Source of the DNA: the human T2T-CHM13v2.0 reference genome, Homo sapiens | Direction: 5' to 3' (one strand) | Assembly: GCF_009914755.1 (NCBI RefSeq) | Contig: NC_060926.1 | DNA length: 64,000 nucleotides | Shown: one piece after another, positions 19,001 to 39,948 of the stretch | Layout of the letters: each line of letters opens with the position of its first letter | How positions within the stretch are numbered: the stretch's first letter is position 1 | Notes under the pieces: model-generated | Told to the model about the DNA's origin: nothing | Databases searched by the model: none | Seen by the model: the letters and a program-made list of their open reading frames with translations, nothing else | Translations under genes and position numbers: made by a program

Positions 19001-20274
19001 GAGCATTTTTTTAGAAGTTTCTACCATTTAAGTATCATTTGCATCATATAAACAAACAAACCATTCATATACTTATAGTACTTCCACAATCAGATTTAAA
19101 TATATATTAAGTTACAAAAAATTAAGTGATTCCTACACCTAAATCCTCCAAGAAATACAATTTAGGAGGTTGGTCAATCTGTGCTATAAGCCTTCAAAAG
19201 TGAAGTCACCTTCCCCAGCACTGACAGTGTCTGAGGGTTGGGAAAAGCAGAATCTTCCAAGTTCCTAGAAAAGGTGCATCTGGGTGTTTAGTATTTAGGA
19301 TGGAACACTAAAGGTAATCAGCTACAATCTTCCCATATTACAGATGAGGAAATGGAGGAATGAGGCTTGGCTAACACTACCTTTGGCCAAGTTGTTCCCA
19401 TAGCTTGTTCTCTGTCACAGCGAATCTTTTATCACAGAGTTAATCTTAATTTCTGTCGCATGCAGATTCTGACACCCTGAAACTCTTTTGTTTCTGAATG
19501 TAGGCCATATTTTCAGTCAAACGTTAGTGAAGACTTTGGAGACTTTGCACCTCAGCAGTTGCTCAAATAACTGATGCCTTTTAATTAGCCTTTCATGTTT
19601 TATTAACATGTTTTATTATAATCACTCAGTGAATATTTAAATGCAATTTTCCCCCCAAATGAACTAATTACACCTACAGCTAGGCATGATGTCTTTGTGA
19701 CCTGGAAAAACCCAGCAATAAACATTTGAGAGTGTTTGAACTGTGTGGGCAGAGAGTTGACCAAGTTACTCAACCCTTGGCCCAACATACTGTGTTCCTG
19801 GTGGCAACTGATCAAACAAATGAAAAGTTTGATGCAAAGGGAGCTTAGATGACATGTTGAATGAACACGTACCTTATGCTGCATTTCATGCCATCTCTCT
19901 ATGCAGCTTCTCTGTTAAGAATCATAATATAAAGCCCCAAACCTTTACTCCCAGCATAACTCACTTGGTGGTTTTTATTTCCATGTATGGATATAAGATG
20001 AAATTAGCCAGAGTGTCTTAACCTAACAGAATATTTTACAGAGTTAAGAAGTAAAATTATAAACAGGCACATTTTCATAGCCTTCTCTACCTTTTACTTG
20101 ATAGAGGAAGAGAGAAAAATTATTTTAATCAAAAATTCAATTGATTATTAGATAATAACAAGAGAAAAGGGTGGGAAAGAGGGGAGACCCCCAACTTAGG
20201 CATGAGAGCATTAATAATCACTGCCCTGTTGTTATAACCCAATTGGCAGTTCTCAACTTGCAGTAATAGAGCTA

Positions 20275-20463
<189 letters not shown>

Positions 20464-21169
20464 TTATAACTACGAATTTAATTTCAGGGTGCTAGAGCAT
20501 ACATTTAGCTTAAATAGAAATTTGCAATTGTTCTTACAAATATATGCAGTTAAAAAAATATTTTGTTCACATTCTTTACCTTACAGGACAGTTTGTAGTA
20601 AAAAAAAAACCAAAGTACCTATTAGGAGGAATATTTAGTTTTCTAAAAGGTAATATTTCTAAATAAAAATGTAAAGATTTAGATTTCAGTGTATATTGAT
20701 AATCTACACATTAATTTTAAATATTAGTTATTATTTTTACCCATATTAATATAACTGGCTTAACATTTAAATAGCAAGAAAAAAATCTGCAATAATTTCA
20801 TTTTCCTTACTTCTTCAAAATTTAAAGAAACTGTTTGACATTTAAATGAATGAACTAGACTTTACGAGTATACCTGCTGAGCAGCTTCTAAGAAAACCTC
20901 TCAGGCTTCTCTCTCAGTTCTGGTAATCTCACGTCAAACAAACGGATGTTATCAGTTTGTTTTCTCAGTGAGCAACCTGTCTCTTTTGGTAAAGAAATAG
21001 TAATGGATCACCTTAAACTTTGTAGTGCTGGTAACACAGCTCTTTTAAGGCTCAGCCTTCACTATTTGCTTAGTTCTATTTTGAAGGGCGGCCAAAAAAA
21101 AACCTAGAGTGTTTTGGTGGGTGATATTTACACCCTTTGCTCATGCTGTTACACAGCTGGTAAGGAAGT

Positions 21170-21418
21170 GAGTTTGAGACCAGCCTGACCCACATGGAGA
21201 AACCCCATCTCTACTAAAGATACAAAATTAGCTGGGCCTGGTGGCGCATGCCTGTAATCCCAGCTACTCAGGAGGCTGAGGCAGCAGAATTGCTTGAACC
21301 CAGGAAGCAGAGGTTGCAGTGAGCCGAGATTGTGCCATACACTCCAGCCTGGGCAACAAGAGCGAAACTCTCTCTCAAAAAAACAAAAACAAAAACAAAA
21401 ACAAACAAAAAAAAAAGG
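21170..21418 (+). mobile_element. 5'-truncated Alu, intron 11
   Basis: Starts at GAGTTTGAGACCAGCCTG; tail of (AAAAAC)n. Confidence 0.93.
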
Positions 21419-21705
21419 AAAGAATACTTTTAATAGCATGGATTATCTTTATGATTCTAAACCCAAGAATAAATTCCATTCAATTAAAATAAGCCTAAAT
21501 TTGTCACCAAATTCAGCAAAAACCAGACGACTACCAATATCGAGATATTTTGGTCCAGTATTAGAGAGAAGACTTTGCAAAGTTCTTTGCAAGCAACTGA
21601 TCAAAGTCTGGAGCCAACTTCAGTCATGTGATTTCACATAGCTTTTCTTATCTGAAACTTGCTAACCATTCCCCCTGTGCAAACTCATCTAGGGAAATAG
21701 GGCTA

Positions 21706-21843
<138 letters not shown>

Positions 21844-23114
21844 TTAGGAAACAGGTGGGTGAGTGAGAAACTTTTTAAAGTTCCATTGATGAAAGAAAAA
21901 AGGTATGCTTCTCAAAGCATACAACTACTTCCACTTAATTATCAACACCTTCCACTAAAATAACTTTTCTACAAGCATAGAATAACATTTTTTTCAAAGT
22001 TTGGTCAGTAATACAATTTTTGCCAAAAAAATTTTTTTCTTCCTAAAATGTGTAACTTTTGCAGAGGTTACAGTATGCTCAAGTAAAGAATGTGGTAAAA
22101 TACACTTTCCTGTGAGAAGCCAGTATTTGAACAAATACATGTCTTACTTTCTGAAAATTTCTTGCTTAGTTGATAATTTCCTTTAAATATCTGCTTGTTA
22201 GGATAAATAAGAAGAAGATTAAACATATTTATCTAACACCCAGCATGATGTGGTGGTCTGGTCTCTGGAATAGGGGGAAGGGGAGGAGATACTTAGATTT
22301 GGGAAATAAAATGTCAACAGTATTCACAACGCTAAAATAAATTAGGCCAACTCTGTTGCTCACTCTTTGAGAGATCCTGAGAAAATTACTTTTTCCTTTT
22401 TGGGTCTCAGCTCCTTGATCTATATAGAGTGAGGTCTCTATGTGTTATTAAGGTCTCTTTCAGTTCTGCAACACCACATGTAATTATTACTCCCGGATGG
22501 TGTTACCCACTGGACACCACAAAAGGAGAACAAATTCAGACCAATATCTACGCACTAGCCACATAGATTATTAATAGCTCAGGGTTCTCCCGAAATATTA
22601 CTTTTCATATCAAAGAAATGGAAAACTAAAACACTTTTAAAAAGTCAATACTTCCTCATATTATATAGCTGGGTGCAAAGGAGAAAAACTAATCTGAACA
22701 AGGAAAGTTAGTCCCCTATGTATTTGTTTCCTGAAATCTGGATCTGTAAGGATCTGATTTTAGAATAGCAAGGTCTTCATTTCTTTACAGAAATTATCCT
22801 ATCTTTTCTAGACATGAATCCAGTGGCATAGCCTAAAGCTGAATGGATCAAATGTTTCATTCTTACTTTTGAAGCCATCTTTTTGGCTCAGCCTAAGTAC
22901 TTACATGCTAGGAGTGTTTCAGAACATTAGCATTGCTATGCCGCTTGTCTTAGCAGGCTGCCTGCTAAGCCTTTCAGGCTTATCTTACCATGCACAGTAG
23001 ACTAATGAATGACGTGGCATTCCATATTTCTTCCCCTGCTTTTGGCATAGTGCAAGTTTTCATAAAAAAAAGTGTCCCTTTCTGTACCTTTTGCCATCTC
23101 AAATATTTTTGTTA

Positions 23115-23372
<258 letters not shown>

Positions 23373-24217
23373 CTAAGAATTCTCACTTGGGAAGAAGCTT
23401 TGTGTGCGTCAGAGACATCTAAGTGCTGTCAGGTGAAGGGGTAGAATTTTTGAGCCCTGGAGGCAGAAAACGTAGTCCAAACGTGTCATAGAAAATAGTT
23501 ACAGGAAGGGTTAGGGGATGTTAAACTAAGATAATATCTACACATCCACACAAAGGGTTCTTGCTGTTCTAGAAGCCTGGATTTAACTACAGCTTCATAA
23601 CTTTTCCCAGTTCCAGTTTATTCTGGATCAAATAAAAACTATGGGTTTGGATATAGAATTACAAGCAAAAGTGGGTTTTTTCTTCTAAACTCAGCATCTT
23701 CTTTTGTTGAAAGAAATAAAAGTATAAGCAATTTCTTTGTCTCATAGTCACACTTGACAGTGCCTACCGCCCAGGCTCTTGTTTCTACAACTGGAAAATT
23801 AAAGGGAATCTATGGGGTTCTTGAAATCTGAAAACAAGTAAAAGGTATTCGTTTCCATTTGTTCGCCATCTATACAAACTGGGGACCTTTAAAAAAAGAG
23901 TGAGATTCCCTACCTGTTAGAAAACATTGAGTTTTAGTCACTTTGGCACTTATTAATAAGTGATAGAGCTTATGCCCATCAAACCACAACCATGTGTCAA
24001 TATTGTAGCTCTGTGACTAAAGCCGTCATACATATATTAAATGTTGTAAGCTACTCAGTTGTGTGCTCTTTACAAAGACAAACCTGTGCAAATTCATATT
24101 TCCAGACTTACAAATAAGTAATTATATTTTTGACATTAAATCATGTCAATGAGGTTTAAAAATTATATAAATAATTATCTAATTATTCTTCCCAATCCTT
24201 ATGTATATGATGTAACA

Positions 24218-24218
<1 letters not shown>

Positions 24219-24259
<41 letters not shown>
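24219..24259. repeat. (CA)n microsatellite, intron 9
   Basis: About 17 perfect CA units plus an imperfect tail. Confidence 0.95.
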
Positions 24260-24260
<1 letters not shown>

Positions 24261-24333
24261 TCACATGAAGTTTTCTGTTGTCTCAAAATTGTGTTAATGA
24301 ATGAAATGGGAGTAAACTGGACACTAGTCTTTA

Positions 24334-24663
<330 letters not shown>

Positions 24664-25156
24664 TCATTCACAGACAGTCTATCTCAGAATAAAAAATGTC
24701 TGATAATATAGTTCTAAGCTTCTTAGCATATTTACCTTCACACCTTCAAAACAGGTTTAAATCCCACTTTCACTGTCATTTCCCCAGCACCCCCCCCACA
24801 AAAGATTAAATGATAGCTTTGAATAAAACATTGTTTTAACTGGAAAATAAGCTAAGGCACTAAAACATTCATCCTTTGTATTCCTCAGCCCTGTGGGATC
24901 ATCTACTGATTCCAAAATACAAGTATCTTTAATCACATCATAATCCCAATGTGTTAAATCAAATGAACTGGAAGGCTACTCCCTTGGTGTCATTTCCCAA
25001 CAGTACTGGGGAAGATGGAAGAATCCTCAGCTGTTACGTGAGCGCTGCGATCTCTTGAGTCCAAACTGAACAAAAGCGATGCTTCTTGGGCGGGTTCAAA
25101 ATAAATGGCTAAAATGCTGGCAAATAAAACTAGGGCATGAAAGTGAGTTTTTCTCA

Positions 25157-25477
<321 letters not shown>

Positions 25478-26106
25478 CTATGAGTATAGATGATCATCTC
25501 GTTAATTTCAGTCAAAATGCATTACTCAGGAATCCATGTCTACTGTGGATAGAACGACACCTGAGTTCTTCTGCTGATGTCATGACCACTTCTGCTGCCA
25601 TGCCTCAGTTTCTCTATTTGTAAAGCTATATTTATACAGGTCAATTAAGGATGCTGCTTAAGGATGTTGGGATAATATTTATGACTATATCTATGCCATA
25701 AAATTAATATATGAGACTATTCTGGGGGAGAATTGTGTAGCAATTGTTATTGCCATAGTGACTACCATGTTTGTAGTGCAGAATACATATATTAGGTTAT
25801 TGGAAGATGTTTACATCACAAAGCTGCTGAAATTTGAGATTTAGAATATAAAACATTGATGATTATTCAGAAAGTAGCTCTCTTGTAACAACACTTTAGA
25901 CAGATAAATACAATAAAATTTTTACCCATGATATCCATGACCAGAAAGAAAATACATAAATTAAAAAGATTGGAAGAAACTATTTCAAATGCCAACCCTA
26001 ATTGTTATCACAGGGTGGTAAGATTACAGGCTTCTTGTTTGTTTTATTGTTTCACATTGAAAATGTATTGTCCTTCAAAAACTAAATAATAAAGTCATCA
26101 GTCCTA

Positions 26107-26343
<237 letters not shown>

Positions 26344-26495
26344 TCACAAAACTGGGTGAGAGAAGACAATTCACTACTTTCTGCAGTCAGGATCTTCAGG
26401 ATCTCACAGAGATCACTCTGAAATCTATGTCGCTACTGGCCTGGGACTGGAAAAAAATGTCCCTTATTCAGCAGTAGCTTTTGCATTTAGCCTAG

Positions 26496-27468
<973 letters not shown>

Positions 27469-27867
27469 GATCTTTTCTTTCAACTTTTAGATATCTGTTC
27501 TCTTGAAGACCAGGGCCCACCGCAGAACAGAATCAGGGCTGAGGCTAGACCAAAGGTACACTGAATTCAGTGCCTCCCTAAGTGCTGCTGAACACTAGAA
27601 CCCAAAGATGTTCACAGACAAAGAATCCCAAGGTCAAACGTACTAGGGAGACATGGCGCCCATCCCCTACACTCTACCATGGAGAGTATGATGTAAAGGA
27701 ACACACAGATTCTGCAGAGCAGGTTCCATTTTGTTTAACCCATTGCTTCTCAAACTTTTTTGAACAATGGAATCTTTTCAGTATTGGCAATATTCATATA
27801 TAGCTAACATTTATTGAGTGTTTATCCCCATTTAATTCCCACCTACACTTTTAATCTATTTTGGTAG

Positions 27868-28196
<329 letters not shown>

Positions 28197-29075
28197 ATGT
28201 TTATAATTTTTTTTGGCCAGTAGCAATTTTATTAATGATAATAAAATAACTCAAAGATATTATCAAATCTAATCTTGTTCACCTTCATAAGTGCTCAAAG
28301 CAAGACAAAAACTCATCAAAAGAAGAAAAATTAGAACAATTAATATTTTTAATTGAAGGATGGCTGAGACACTACGTAATGATGTTGGCACATCATATAG
28401 TAAAAAGTTAATCAAAACATATTAAAAATAATGAGAGGAGTGCACGTCCTTGTTGGCCATATTTCTCTCTTCAGATTTTTATGAAACATTTATGACGTAA
28501 AAATCTTTTTCTCATGCCAAAAATGATTAAAACTTGTTTTTTAAAAAGAATGCTTAGATATCATGTCTTTCATGGCCATCTCTAAGTCCTCTCTGAATTT
28601 CTAAAATTTCGAATGCCAATACATGAAGAAAATAATTGTGTGTTACTTTATAGAATGTAACAAAGTTTGCCAGAGCATAGAAACCACATATAAAGGATGG
28701 TTTCCACTACAAAAAGAGTTCAATGTCGGGACAGGGAAGTATATTTCATTCAAAAACAAACAAACAAAAAATCCAAATGCACTTTTTTTGTCCTTTCCTA
28801 GCAGAAGAACCAGGTAGTCATATAATTAATTATAACTCTCATTTCCTTTCAAATGAACTTTGGATATTCAAAATACGTGTGTGTGTGCGTGTGTGCGTGA
28901 TCTATCCATGGTAAGTTTTATGATGCTAGCATTCTTTAAAACTCAGTTTTATCTTTTGGAGATAAATCTGGCTTTTTTCCCCCTAAGGTTTATTTGTATG
29001 TCATTTTTCTTTTTTTCTGAAAAATTTAAAACTTGACATTAAAAAAAGTTTTAACAACCAATAATGTGTAAATTA

Positions 29076-29435
<360 letters not shown>

Positions 29436-29757
29436 CTATCTATGCCTGGTAATCTATTTTTGGTAATATGTTCATATTCAGCTCTGGTGCTGCAAGGTAT
29501 TACACTTCTGAAAGATGAAATTACATTTGTTACAGTGGAAAGGCAGCTGAATGGTTTAGTCTAGTTTCATCTCTCTGTCAAATAACATTTTCATTTATCT
29601 ATTTATTTATTGTTTTCACACTGTTCCTTTGACTAACTTCATTCTCTGGCATTATATTTCATCTTTTTCCTTCTCAGGCTCTTCCAGGATTTTTCTTAGT
29701 CATCACTGTTTATGGCCTGCCTTTCAATAGGGACCTTGCTTTAGAAAACTAAAAACA

Positions 29758-30086
<329 letters not shown>

Positions 30087-31553
30087 TTATAACAATGGGG
30101 AGGCAAGCAGGTATCAAAGGGTCTTCACCAATGGCTACAAAGAAGCTATAAGAAGGTGGTAGTATCTCTTTCTTCATTTGTTATGTAAAAAATGTAGAGG
30201 ATGCACAATTTCTTTGACTAAAATATTATTTTCCCTTCCCCTATACCCAAACATCTACAGTATTTAAAAATCACTAGCAAAATAGCCCCAAATTATTCAG
30301 TGTTAGCCCTCCAATGGAAGAGTGGGATCAACATAAAATGATAATTTGTAACTAAATGACCATTAGTCTATGCGTGCATTTATCTGGTAAATAGATTATT
30401 TAAATTATAATCCAAATTTGCTCTGTGCCACGATGTGAGTATAGAGGATCTGATGTCTTTGTGAATTGGATATTGTTGCAACTCCTGGGTTAGAGAAAAA
30501 AAATTAATAGTTGATGTAGGTTCAAACAAATACACACCCACATCCATCTACCACAAGAATAGAAGTTTGCATGAAGGTATAATTACTGATTAGAGCTTTT
30601 TCCCAAATCCCCAGCGAAAAGTATTATCATCCCCTGAACCTCCATAGCACTACTTTCAGTATTTCTGTTGAAATCTTTAATACTGTGTTTTGCAGATGAT
30701 AAATATGTATAAGACTTTCTCATCTCCCTGACCCCCTAAGTACTCTTTGAAGGCTGGGCTAATGTTCATTTCATATCTGCACCCCTATAATACCTTGAAC
30801 AAAGTAAGTCCTTATAAAATTTTCTGGAATAAATGACTTCTCTTTGAGAAACTTTTCCCAACTTGCTATTTAAAGAGTTCTAAATAACAGATAAGGTTTG
30901 AATCAGACATCTAATTTGTCTTAAGCTAAAATATTGCCACAAAGATCTTGGAAGTCTGATGATCACAGTAACATTTTAAATGCAAAATATCTAATAAACC
31001 AGCAAGTTTCTGGGAAAGCTTTGGTCAAAATGGTTACCACTTTTCATGAGAGACCTATTTTTGTTAGCAAAGAATTTGAATTTGGATGATGGCTATGTTA
31101 AAGGTAGTTAAATGGGTTCAGCTAGATAAATAAAACAGGTTCAAATTATTTGGATTTGATTTTAAACTTATTTACAACACCAGTAGTTAATGGCTGTTTT
31201 ACTTCAACAAACTCTCTAGCTGTTATTAGTTTACAATATCAAAAAAGGAGCCTTGAAACCCAAAGGCAACAATTAAGACCCCAAGACAATCTTAGAAGGA
31301 GCAGTAAAGACGCCAGAGGCCAGCTTCTTTACAGCACTAATCAAATGCGTTAGGTCAGAGACACTATCCCTAACTCCAGAGTAGATAAATCATTTTAATT
31401 TATGGGATAAATTCTTTTTAATTTTATCAATTTAGCCTGTGAATGTGCCCTATTTAAATTTCAAACATAGAAGGAAACCTAAACCTTTGTTTCAACTCTA
31501 TGTCAGTGGCAGTGAGCTGAGATTGAACCTTATCAAAGTGATATGTTTTTCTA

Positions 31554-31910
<357 letters not shown>

Positions 31911-32848
31911 TTATTTTGAATTGTGCAAGCTCCCTGTAATTTAAAGTGTAGTGTGTAAGCAAAAATTCAGCCACATTTTTTTTAAGTGGCACTCTGTTCA
32001 GAAAGAATGACACACCCAGCATCTAAGCACACAGTAAGTAGCCAAGGCAAAAGAAAGCTCAAGCTGAGTTGGCAGGCAGAAATTCCATTCTCCTAATAAG
32101 TACATGGACTACATATTTTCAGCGAGCCCCAAACTTCCCAGCAGCATTTCCAGTAGCAAGGATCTATGTATGTATCTAGTCTGTGGGAGACTACATATGC
32201 AAAATTCCAATCTTAATTATAAATGACCAATTATGAATTTTGAGTGGCCTAAATACAATGACAAAGAAAGCTATTTTTAAATATTGGAAAGCAAAACAAT
32301 ACAAAACAAGACAAAAACCTCTAAATTAGAAGACAAGTAAACAGAGTAAAATTTATAGCCAGAAACTTTCAGGCTTGTACTTACAAAATTCAACTGAGGA
32401 TTGAGATCCAAAGAAGCTCAACAACTTTTAATTTGAAAAGAAATGAGCAGAGTGTGACAAGCACACACTATTTCATGTTTCGGTCCAGGACATTCCATAT
32501 AGAAATGTGTCCAAAGTGTCACTTTTTTTTCTTTTAAATAAATTATATCTTGACCAAGGAGGAATCTGAGATCAGCTATTAGGTAAAAGAAATGACTCCA
32601 TTCTAAATCTTTCAATTCTACCTTATGCTTTTGAAGCAAAGTTAAGACTTCTATGTGTAGTCAGTACTTTTTGATCTAACTCCTGTAAGAAGACTATGGA
32701 TTATATAATAATTCATTATTTCAAACAAAATTCCCATTTCTTTATTGGTTTTCACTGGAATTCAGGTCTATGACCTATGTAGATGTGATTCTGGTCCAAC
32801 CCCACATTAGAACTAAGCATCCCAGCTCTTGCTCAGCCCTAAGACTCA

Positions 32849-33109
<261 letters not shown>

Positions 33110-34328
33110 TCAGAGACAGGGGAAACGTTAACAGGTCTGGTCACTTGGAGTCAATTCAATTAAGTGTCTTGCTTAGAACACAATGGAAAACCACAGAGAA
33201 ATCTGGATGGCAAGGAAGAGGTCATGAATCCTGCTTTCCCAGAGAGATCACAGGAAATTGGGTCCTAAGCAGAAAAGAAAGGCTGGGAGGCTTGGTCTTC
33301 ACTCATACACAGCAGGCTAAGACTGAGACTAATTCAGTGAAAAGGCCACATCAGGCACAGCACTCCAGCTTTTGGGAGCATGGAGAGCCTGTATTTTACC
33401 CTAGGATAGAAATGTCATTTTGGTGGAAAGCAAACAGACATATGCATATAAAGTGTGGAAATCCTGGTAGTTTTCTAAGTTGTTAAGCCCAATGGCACAT
33501 TCAAATGCTGAACTAGATTGTAAACACTACGGACCCTTGCCTCTTGCGATTTGCCTGTGAACTTGGATAAACCCTAACATGAAATATGGGGAAAGTTGAT
33601 TGGGCCTATTCACACGGGACTTGTTCTTTTGAATAGAAGTCTTTAAGACGACTTATATTTAAAGAATGGATTAAAAAACTTAAATACTATCTTAATAGAA
33701 TCTATTGGTAACCCAGTGAATCATACTGGAAAGAGTGCCTTAGCTAAACTAGAGTTGAGAATCAGCCCGGTTCCCAAAGTTCCTTAGCAAACTCTATTGG
33801 GTTAATAATTTTGTATTATCCCTAGGAATAGTGACATCTGCTTCCTGGGTATAACCTACTGGTCACCAAGAAACCAGACTGTTTCTGTGAGGTGCAAGAG
33901 GTCTCTGCATTGCAAACATGAAGACCAGACAACACATGGCTGGTTCACTCTTCATGAACACCTTCCCAGTCACTGCAGAAAAGTCTCATGATTTGTCTAG
34001 CTTGAAGATATCCAGGTGATTTAAAATGGGCAACTCCCCTAAGCATGTCTTACTGAAATGGAACCCAAGAGGTCTCTTGGTTCTACTATGTACACAAACA
34101 CACACACTCATAAATGCACACACACTCATAAACGCACACACATCAAACACTGATTCCATCTGTGCTCATACCCATCTTTAAGAAACACAGGAACCAGTTG
34201 GGTGACCACTTAAGAGTACCTGGTCACCAGGGGCAAACCTCAAAGTTCGGAATATCCAGTCATGGATAACAGAAAATGACAGTGATGGTAACAGAGAAAT
34301 TCATATTTGATATTTTGGCATCATTTTA

Positions 34329-34517
<189 letters not shown>

Positions 34518-34841
34518 TTAGGTACAAGTTTTTCTAGTTCACTAATCCCCTCTAAAGGAAAACCCACTTCTCTATTCCACAAGTAACATGGTACACCTCA
34601 AAGAATAAAATGAAGTGAGAGATACAGATTTTTATCCTAAGCTCTAATAAGGCCATGGTTTTTGACCTTGACATATTGTCAAATTTTCTGTAAATTATTC
34701 ATATTGTAGAAAAATCTCAGGCTCTTAGGAAAAGGCCATATAAAGTACTAACTTATGACAGAGCTAGATTTGTGAAGGGTTTCACATTCCAATCTCTGAC
34801 TCAGAAAGTCAAAGCAAGGTTCACATAAAAAGCAAACGATT

Positions 34842-35244
<403 letters not shown>

Positions 35245-35718
35245 CTATAATTTATGAGAAAAATATCATTGGTCCTAAAGGAATGAGAACTTTGAAGTGG
35301 CTAATGGTTTTGTGTTAACTGCCGCTGACAAATCATTTTACGATGTAAGTCCCCAAAGTGTTTTCTGGCTCATAAACTAACAGTTTAAGATTTGAGACTG
35401 CTTTCTAATAAATTAAAATTTTATAAGCAATTTTTTTTTGTCGGAGGACACACAAAATCTTTCATTTTTCTCATCAAAAACTTTGGGAGAGTAAAGCAAA
35501 AAGAAGACTCTAGGAACTAATTTGGGAAAGATTCGTTTCTTTGTTTTAAAGGTAAAAGCATGTGAAAAGCAAATATAAGCCGTTTTTAAACTTAAGAGGA
35601 AATGACAGGTAATTCTATTAGAAAAATGGTGTATGTATTTTTACTTACTAATGCAAAGTTTAACAATTACCACTTCATGTATTAAAAGATACTAACTATG
35701 GGGCTTGTTGTCACTTAC

Positions 35719-35847
35719 CTTCAGGTTTACTCTCGCAGTTAAAACCTCGGCTTCCTCCATAACAAGTACAAACCAACGCATTGCCTAGGTAGGTCCGCTC
35801 CCACTGTTGATTTATCTGATAGTGTTTTCCATTGTCATAACAACCGG
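35719..35847 (-). CDS. FN1: FN1 exon 2, FnI module 1
   Basis: CAG|CCGGTTGTTATGACAATGG...AAACCTGAAG|GTAAGT; 129 nt; [43 protein letters not shown]. Not in the ORF track; read by hand. Confidence 0.98.
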
Positions 35848-36672
35848 CTGCAAATAATTGAAGGAAAACGTTACTACATTTGCATTTCTCCTTTTCCCAA
35901 AATTATGGAATTTTCTTCATGTGAATATTGAGGTACATATTTTTTTCCTTTTAACTTTGCTAAAAGTTATATACAATGATGTCATTTCCATCTGGCCAGG
36001 GGTCTACATAAAAAAGTTGGAAACATTTTGGAAGGCAGACAATTGAAGTCACATTTTTAAAACATGCAAGGAACTTAAATATTCTTTTGGAGTAATAGTC
36101 AAAAAGGACAACTTTAAGCAGCTTTCTCAAAGCAAAAGGAGGGTGTGTCTTTGAAAAACGGAAAGAATTCCAACCTCTGTTCTTGGTGAAGTATCCTGAG
36201 CGGCCCTAAAGAGGTCTGAACCAATTACATCTCTTCCAAGTTAGTTAGAAACAAGACAGCTATTTCAATACCCCCTTTCCACCCCCATGTTGAAAATATT
36301 TGACCAATTATTTAACAGAAGGAAATAAGTAGCAGTAAGGACCACACTAATCCCAGACGGAAAATTTATAGACATGCATCATTTTTCTCTTTAAAGGCAA
36401 GTTTTGGTTAATTCCTAGAAGGACAATCTGAACGTGCAGAATTTATTAGAACACGGGAAAGTCGCAGAGTCCTCGTCCTCCAATGCATGGTCTTATCATC
36501 CCAGGCCCTCAGAACCAGCGTGCTCAAAACTCGGTCCTTTTGTGTGCACAGCTGGTTTCTCTCAGTAAAGCGCGCACACACTCGCACACACGCGCGCGCA
36601 CAAAACTTCAGCCCCAACTTTGGTCGGCTTTAGGGTCCCATCCCTGAGGCAGCCTGTTTCAGCCCGCGGTCA

Positions 36673-38020
<1,348 letters not shown>

Positions 38021-39599
38021 TTGGACCAGCTGTGGGGAGAGAAAGGTCTTCGTGTCCTTTCCCACGTTCACCGTGCCAGTTACACACAAAGCAGAGATTT
38101 TTTTGCTTGAATCATTAAAAGCCGGGTGGGTGGGGGGCACCCTATGTACTGTCTTGCCCTCCTTCGGCCCCTTTCTCACATTTATTTGCCATTTTCTTTT
38201 TGCTGACAAGTTCCATTACAGAATGCCCCCTCCATCCCCCGCCGCCAGATTTTTTATATTTCAATTGTTATTTACTCCAAGAGTGTGGAAAGTTCTCCTT
38301 TAAGATTCCCCCGCCTTGAACTCTAAACTCAGAGTGGAAAGGGAATCTGAAAAGTCTCTCATTTAGCAACACATCACATCAGTCCTTTTTGTCAGATAAA
38401 CACAGGCACAATTGCTTTTAAAGATCTTCAGAAGGAGGAGTCCACCACTTCCACAGTAGATCCAGAGAGACCCGAACTGAATGCTTTGCCTTCTCCTTGT
38501 GTTAGGAGTTCAGAGGTTCCATTTGCTTTAAAACACAAGAAGCTACTAATAAAATATATTTATTTCGGCAAGGTACCTATTTTCTCCAAAAGTTTCACCT
38601 TCAGTAATTGCCACAGGAGTAATTAGAACTCTGTGTTCTATAAAATGCCTGACACATTAAAGACACAAAATTAGCATTTGTTTTTATTCATGCAAGGATT
38701 TAAAACCAAACCAAAACAAAGCAAAACACCCAGCAAATATCAGTTTCCTACAAATAGTGTAAAAAAACCTCTTGAGGAATCTTTGTGACCCACACTCCAA
38801 ATTGAAAGAGTGCCATGGATTTCCCCAAATTTAGAATCCTGTCTGGGTTAGAGGATTTTTTTGGAATTTCTCATCACTTGACAAAACAGTTTTCTCTTTT
38901 CAAATATAAAAGAGCTCCTTGTAAAATGCTTGGTAAATTTCTGGGAAGCCGAGTGTTTCTTCCAGAGGGAAGGATACCTGGAAATCCGGATGTAAGCAAG
39001 ATAAACCTGTAGCTAAAGCTTTCTTAAAATTCATTGATTCTGGGGGAAGGAAATAAGTGATTAGAAAAGTATTTGGTCAACCAAAACCATGATAGTTTGA
39101 TATATTTACTGCACTGAAAATACACTAGAATCGTATGCATAGTGGAGCTTGAAGTGGAAAGCCCACCTTACATTTTGGAAGAAACTTTTATATTTCAATC
39201 CCATAGATACCTAATTTATTTAAGGAAACAGGATATCTCTGTCTCATAAGAAAAAAAATAACATCTGACTGATTTTTATAGGAATGCTTGGGAGTTTACT
39301 CTTTTACTTGAAAGGTTTTTTTTTTTTTGCCTTTTTTTTTAAACTTTAGAGACAGAGGCGTTTCTTAGTTAAGATAACAGGGCTTACTACAGTATTCTTT
39401 AATTATCAAGGTCCCTTGTAACTCTAAGTCTGTTATCTCTAATTGGAGAGATAATTAAATCTTAAAGACCACTCTGACTCTAATTCAACCAACGTGTGTG
39501 GTGTCCAGGATCGTTGGACTTCCTTAAGAATTCTATTTTATCCAGGTGGGTTCTTCCTCAGTAAATTGTATTCTCCTATTGGTAGGAAATACTCTTGGA

Positions 39600-39619
39600 T
39601 TTCTTTCTTTCTTTCTTTC

Positions 39620-39651
<32 letters not shown>

Positions 39652-39676
39652 TTTCCTTCTTTCCTTCTTTCTTTCT
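39600..39676. repeat. (TTTC)n pyrimidine microsatellite
   Basis: About 75 nt of TTTC/TTCC. Confidence 0.95.
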
Positions 39677-39699
39677 AAAACTGTATTCAGAGAGAGAAA

Positions 39700-39948
39700 T
39701 GTGACAAAAAAAGGGAAATCAATAGAGACAGAAAGTAGATTCATGGGTACCCAAGTTTATGGGCTGGGAACAGGAATTAACTGTAAAAGGGCACAGGGAA
39801 TCTTATTGAGGTGATGGAAATCTGTGTTCTAAAACTACATTGCAGTGATGACTGTACAATTTGGTAAAAGCTTCAAAATTCTGGGGATTATACACAAAAT
39901 GAGTGAATTTTACGGTATGTAAATTATGCTTCAATAAAGTTGTTTTTT
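39700..39948 (+). mobile_element. Old L1 (L1MB/ME-type) 3'-end fragment
   Basis: ATAGAGACAGAAAGTAGATT...GGTGATGGAAAT...GTGAATTTTACGGTATGTAAATTAT...CAATAAAG is characteristic of L1M 3' ends. Confidence 0.75.
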
